A stretch of 49,181 nt of DNA, the filler included, from Bipalium vagum (taxonomy: Eukaryota): assembly GCA_037834085.1 (NCBI GenBank). It is 3 parts of 3 records of this genome, joined end to end, with 100 filler letters (N's around TTAATTAATTAA, not from the genome) between each part and the next. Parts side by side here need not be neighbours in the genome. Positions count along the whole stretch, not along the records: positions 32,954 to 49,181 come from JBBMKC010121703.1; 2 more parts are not named here. One strand, 5' to 3'. The notes beneath the pieces are model-generated. The model was not told where the DNA came from. It made no database searches and was given only the letters and a program-made list of their open reading frames with translations. Made by a program: the position numbers and the translations under genes. Below, in pieces: positions 45,068 to 49,181 of this stretch (positions are counted from its first letter, which is position 1; each line of letters begins with the position of its first letter).

Positions 45068-45345
45068 GGTTATCTTTCCCTTGGGGAATATCTTGGTTAA
45101 ACCCAACAAATGCTTATACAGTCATTCAACTACCAGAAAAAAATTACAGTATGGTGTGGAATATGGACAAGAGGTGTAATTGGTCAATAAAAATAGCCCA
45201 AACTTGTAAGGATGTCAAAGGCGGTCATTTTAATGACATCATATATAAAATATAAATTTTGTAATATCTGTGTTTAAATAAAGGTATAAATTAAATTACT
45301 TTGCTTTTTAATTATTATGTACGGAGAAATAGCGACTTACAGTAG
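45068..45345 (+). mobile_element. Tc1/mariner-superfamily C-terminal fragment cut by gap
   Basis: FPWG ... CKDVKGGHFNDII* resembles the DFFLWG...CxxxxGxHFExxL terminus. Confidence 0.45.
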
Positions 45346-45739
45346 TAAAGCTTCTTTTGGAAGACTCTGTATAAAATCACCATCGATATCAACACTTTTT
45401 TAATTTCATAATTTTTTCAAGTCACAATTTTAGACCTATTGAACTACACAGAAATGACTTACAACTATTTGGGAACTTTACATTTCTTAAGTACTAAATG
45501 GTTTTTAAAATCAAACATTTTTAATTCAAAAGAAAAATTATTTGCATGATAGTCATTTGTCCGTTAACTTAATAATGTATTCGTTTACAATTCGAGAAAA
45601 CTTAGGTTAACCAGTTTTGCCCATAAATCAATGACAGCCCTAAAAGGCTTTGTCAAATTGATTTTAAAGGAAATCAAAATAACTGCACATAGAAGTAAAA
45701 TAGTGAAAATATTTTATTGTCCCAAAAAATTTTCTTCAT

Positions 45740-46330
45740 AAAAGAAGCGATGTAGAATGATAACATTTCAGTTTGTTAAATCGGAACTCTACAATTCGTT
45801 AGTTGAAAATAAAAACAGAGTAACAATAACTGAAGCAATTTTGATAGAAAAAACATCATGCATTGCAAATGAGCACCATGTTTTGGCCAAGTCAGAACAA
45901 ATGACTAGAGGATGGATATTTTAGTTTCGAAAACGCCATTTACTTAAGAAAATGACAACGTCCGGAGAATCTGCTTCTGTATTTCAAATAGAAATTCAAA
46001 CCCATTTATGAATTCTGCAAGAAAAAACTGAGGAATTCTCACCTGAAGATATTAGGTAATATTTACAATTTCAATGAAACAAGCCTCTTTTATTGTCTTT
46101 AACTAAACCAAACTTTATTTGTGAAAACCGGTTAATGATTGGAAAAATAATTTGAAAAGACTAAGACTTGAGTTAAGCGAAAATATCTCTGGATCTGAAA
46201 AGTTAAAGCCAATCTCCAAAGAACAGCTTTTCTTGATCTTGGGTAATGCGATTTGTCATAAATGTGATGAAATGTCTTCGAAGTGCATTGAAATCTTATT
46301 CTAAAAAACAAACCTCGTTATTGGATTTTT
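45740..46330 (+). mobile_element. pogo/Tigger transposase remnant (CENP-B HTH and first Asp region)
   Basis: VTITEAILIEK, TRGWIF*FRKRH, SGESAS, FSPEDI..YNFNETSLFY (cf. SxGWLxRFKxRH, GEAA, YNxDETGLFY). Confidence 0.8.
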
Positions 46331-47091
46331 TCAAACAAATATACGTTGAGTATTTTTTATCTTATTTCACTTATTTCAAGCACCATTTTTAATTTCACTG
46401 TCAAAATTTTTTTCCGGCCCCATAATGTAAAACGAGTGATATGATAGTCCATCGACTGTCAATGTAAATTTTATTCACGAGATAACTAAGCATATCTTAA
46501 AAATAGAAATAATGAAACGGTCTTCACCAAAAATCAATTCAAATCAACATAGAAATGAGAATTACACAAATGACCTTAACATTTTCCCCTCATTTTGATA
46601 AAGTTATTTATCCAAATATATATTATTTTATTTTATAGAACTGGTTGACATAAAATATGAAATTTCATCGGTATTTGAAATGTAATTCAAAAAAGAATAA
46701 TGTCTACCCAATGTCTGTTTTCTCGGAGTATATTGAAAATTTAATTGCAAATTATCATAAATACTTCGTTATTGAAATTATTTTATTCATTATCGAAATT
46801 CCTCAAACATTATTTTACCATAGAAAAGTTACGTAGAGCTTAATCAGATGCCTTTATAAATGTGATATCGAACATTAGTAGGACTTCTTTCTTTTGTTTT
46901 TAGATCATATTAAAATAATTCCGATCATGGTACTGTCAACTTTTGTTTTCGGTTAAGCAGTGCTATGCATAAATTCACAATTGGAAGTTTCTTTCAAATG
47001 ATAAATATTTTTATTTACTTTAAAATTACTGATATGAAAATAATATAAAAGTTCTTTTACTTCTGTTTCTTTATAATAATAATAATAATTA

Positions 47092-47485
47092 TTATTCCCC
47101 TTCATTCAGGTCTGATGAACAACTCGGTCGCAGCTTGTCAACTAGACTGGTGTCGTCTTCGTTGAAGTGTTTAAAGCAGATTGCCGCGGTATTTCGATCG
47201 ACTATACCTATACCTTCAACTTTACCAATTTGTTCGGCTGCAGCTTTTTTTGCACTTGGCCTTTTTTTCCAATAATGGCGCACGAATTGCTATTTTATCA
47301 TCATTCATTTCAAGCGATATAAATCTTTAAAAAATTTAATCTCTAAATTTTAATATAATGTAACTTTATATGAAAATCGCGCTCTAAAATATTAACACTT
47401 AACAAAGTAAAAAGTAATTTACTTTAAAACACTAATGTAAAATTAGTAACTAATTAAGCAGAAAGACTTTCCCGACAACAAAGTA
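47092..47485 (-). mobile_element. Mariner 5' fragment (HTH region) with left TIR
   Basis: RHYWKK..SA..AAEQI..VEG...V...T..CFKHFNEDDTSLVDKLRPS (cf. WFxRFxxGDTSLEDxPRSGRP); TIR-like TACTTTGTTGTCGGGAAAGTC at ~47485-47465. Confidence 0.75.
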
Positions 47486-47559
47486 TTGTAATTTTAACGT
47501 ATTATTTTAGATAATTATATTTTTTTAATAAAAAATATGGGCTGAGAATTTTTTTTGTA

Positions 47560-48442
47560 CTAGTTCCAATTCGGTTATACTGTTGTGATTTTTATCTAGA
47601 GTATAATCAGTGTATAAGTAGACCATATTATCTGGATTCCGAGGCATTGACAAAATATGTAGAAAGATCGAAGAAATTATACAGAGATAATTGCATAAAG
47701 TAGATATTATTAATAAGAGCGGCCGAATTGCTCCTCATGAATTAATCCTAGAGCAGGCAACTAGGCTATTGAATATTTTCAGTTAACTTTTGCACGATAT
47801 CGATTTTCTTAAAAGAATTGTAACATGTGAAAAAAATTGGTTTTATTACAGCAATTCAGATATGGCAAAATAATGTATTTAGAAATACCAATTGGTAAAA
47901 CTAGTCCCAAGAAAAAGCCGATTTGATAAGAAAAGCAGTGTCATGCGTTTAATGGAACTACGAAGAGTTATTTAATTAATGACGACCTATACTTCTAAGA
48001 AATAGATAGAATGTACGCTGTTATCCTCTAATGATATCCATCACAAACCAATCGAAAAAGAGTCATTCTTCAGAAACATAATGCTAGCTTATATACGGCT
48101 ATTTTAGTTAAAACAAAAATTAACAGTCTAAATATTGAAATCGTACCACATTCAGGATATAGTCCCAATCTATTGTCATCAGATTCCTACCTCTTTCGAT
48201 TAACCTTCACGTTCTGAAAAGAAAGGAAATAAATAAATCTCAATGATATTGAAAAAGCATGTCACAAATTCTGTTGATCCAGGGAAGTGGTCTGGAATCA
48301 AAATGATAGCTTGCTGAAAGATAGGTGAAGTCAATTAAGTATGAGGAATTGTATTTTGAAGAATAAAATCCACTTTTATAATTTTTATATTCAGAAACAA
48401 TATTATACTATAAATTCCGAAAATCTATGGACCACCCTATTA
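47560..48442 (+). mobile_element. Degenerate mariner transposon, 3' portion with right TIR
   Basis: GRIAPHEL, DFLKRIVTCEK, KHNA, VPHSGYSPNLLSSDSYLFR; end AATTCCGAAAATCTATGGACCACCCTATTA. Confidence 0.8.
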
Positions 48443-48445
48443 CTA

Positions 48446-49181
48446 CAGTATGACCTGCTTAAACAGAACATGTTTAAACAGAATAAGATTTTTAATTTTT
48501 AACTTCTAATAATTTTGATTTTGGATAATAATGCTTGGATGACGTCCGAAATTTTCAAAAAGGAATTAATGAAATGGGATACAAGGCTTAGAAATGGTAA
48601 GAGAAAATTTTTACCGATCGTTGATAATTGCTTAGCGCATCCGGATATCAATAATATTTTAACAAACATAAAAATGGTATTCTTGCCATCAAATACAACA
48701 AGTGTGTTGCAACCTTTGGATGCAGGAATAATAAAAATTTTTAAAGTGAATTACCGAAAAAGTTTGTTTGTTCAATTAATAAACTGTATTGACAACAATC
48801 AAGAATACAATATTAATATTTTTGATGCAATTCAAATGATATCGGATGCTTGGGAAAGAATATTCTCGGGAACAATTTATAATTGCTTTCATCATTCAAT
48901 TTTATCGAAACAAGTAAACATTCCTGAGACTTCTAAAGATGTAAATTCTTTAAATAAGAACAAAATCAAAGATGAATCTAATGTTTCAGCTGAATTTTTT
49001 GAATCAAGACGAGATTTAGAGGATTATTTAGTTATTGATAATGTTTTGAAAGTAATGGGGATTGAAGAAGAAACTGAGAATATTCATGGTTCAGTATTAG
49101 AACCATTGGATAAAACAAATGAAATTGAAATTGGTGATGTTTTAGAAGCTTTAAAAATAGTTAAGGAATACTATTTTACAG
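48446..49181 (+). mobile_element. pogo/Tigger-like element, internally deleted; uninterrupted DDE_1 frame 48521 to window end
   Basis: TA|CAGTATGACCTGCTT terminus, then NNAWMTSEIF...IVDNCLAHP...FLPSNTTSVLQPLDAGIIKIFKVNYRK...AWE...NCF; about 220 codons without a stop. Confidence 0.88.

Overview
AT-rich eukaryotic (metazoan) scaffold, most consistent with a free-living triclad flatworm (planarian). That assignment is inferred from the tiny 39-60 nt introns, (AAT)n tracts, TE spectrum and a Burro-like retroelement, and is not proven. By splicing by hand I recover five host genes: a 16-exon trifunctional purine enzyme GART (- strand, ~1022 aa); a GATA4/5/6-class factor with a degenerate N-finger (+, ~519 aa), flanked by GATA-site clusters; an unrecognised 5-exon protein with tandem CCCH fingers plus two C2H2-like fingers (+, ~455 aa; its fingers are invisible in the ORF track); the 3' exons of an LHFPL-family tetraspan (+); and ALG1 (-, ~462 aa). 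Between the genes lie about 17 decayed Tc1/mariner/pogo remnants (Mos1-like, irritans-like, DD37E-like, Tigger-like, and a TIR-intact deleted mariner). There are also two related solo-LTR-like repeats and a dead Ty3/gypsy-like remnant whose Gag has ~4 zinc knuckles and is followed by two ubiquitin-like domains. Two of the three N gaps are artificial 100-bp linkers (N44-TTAATTAATTAA-N44). All homology calls come from recognising motifs by eye; no searches were run.
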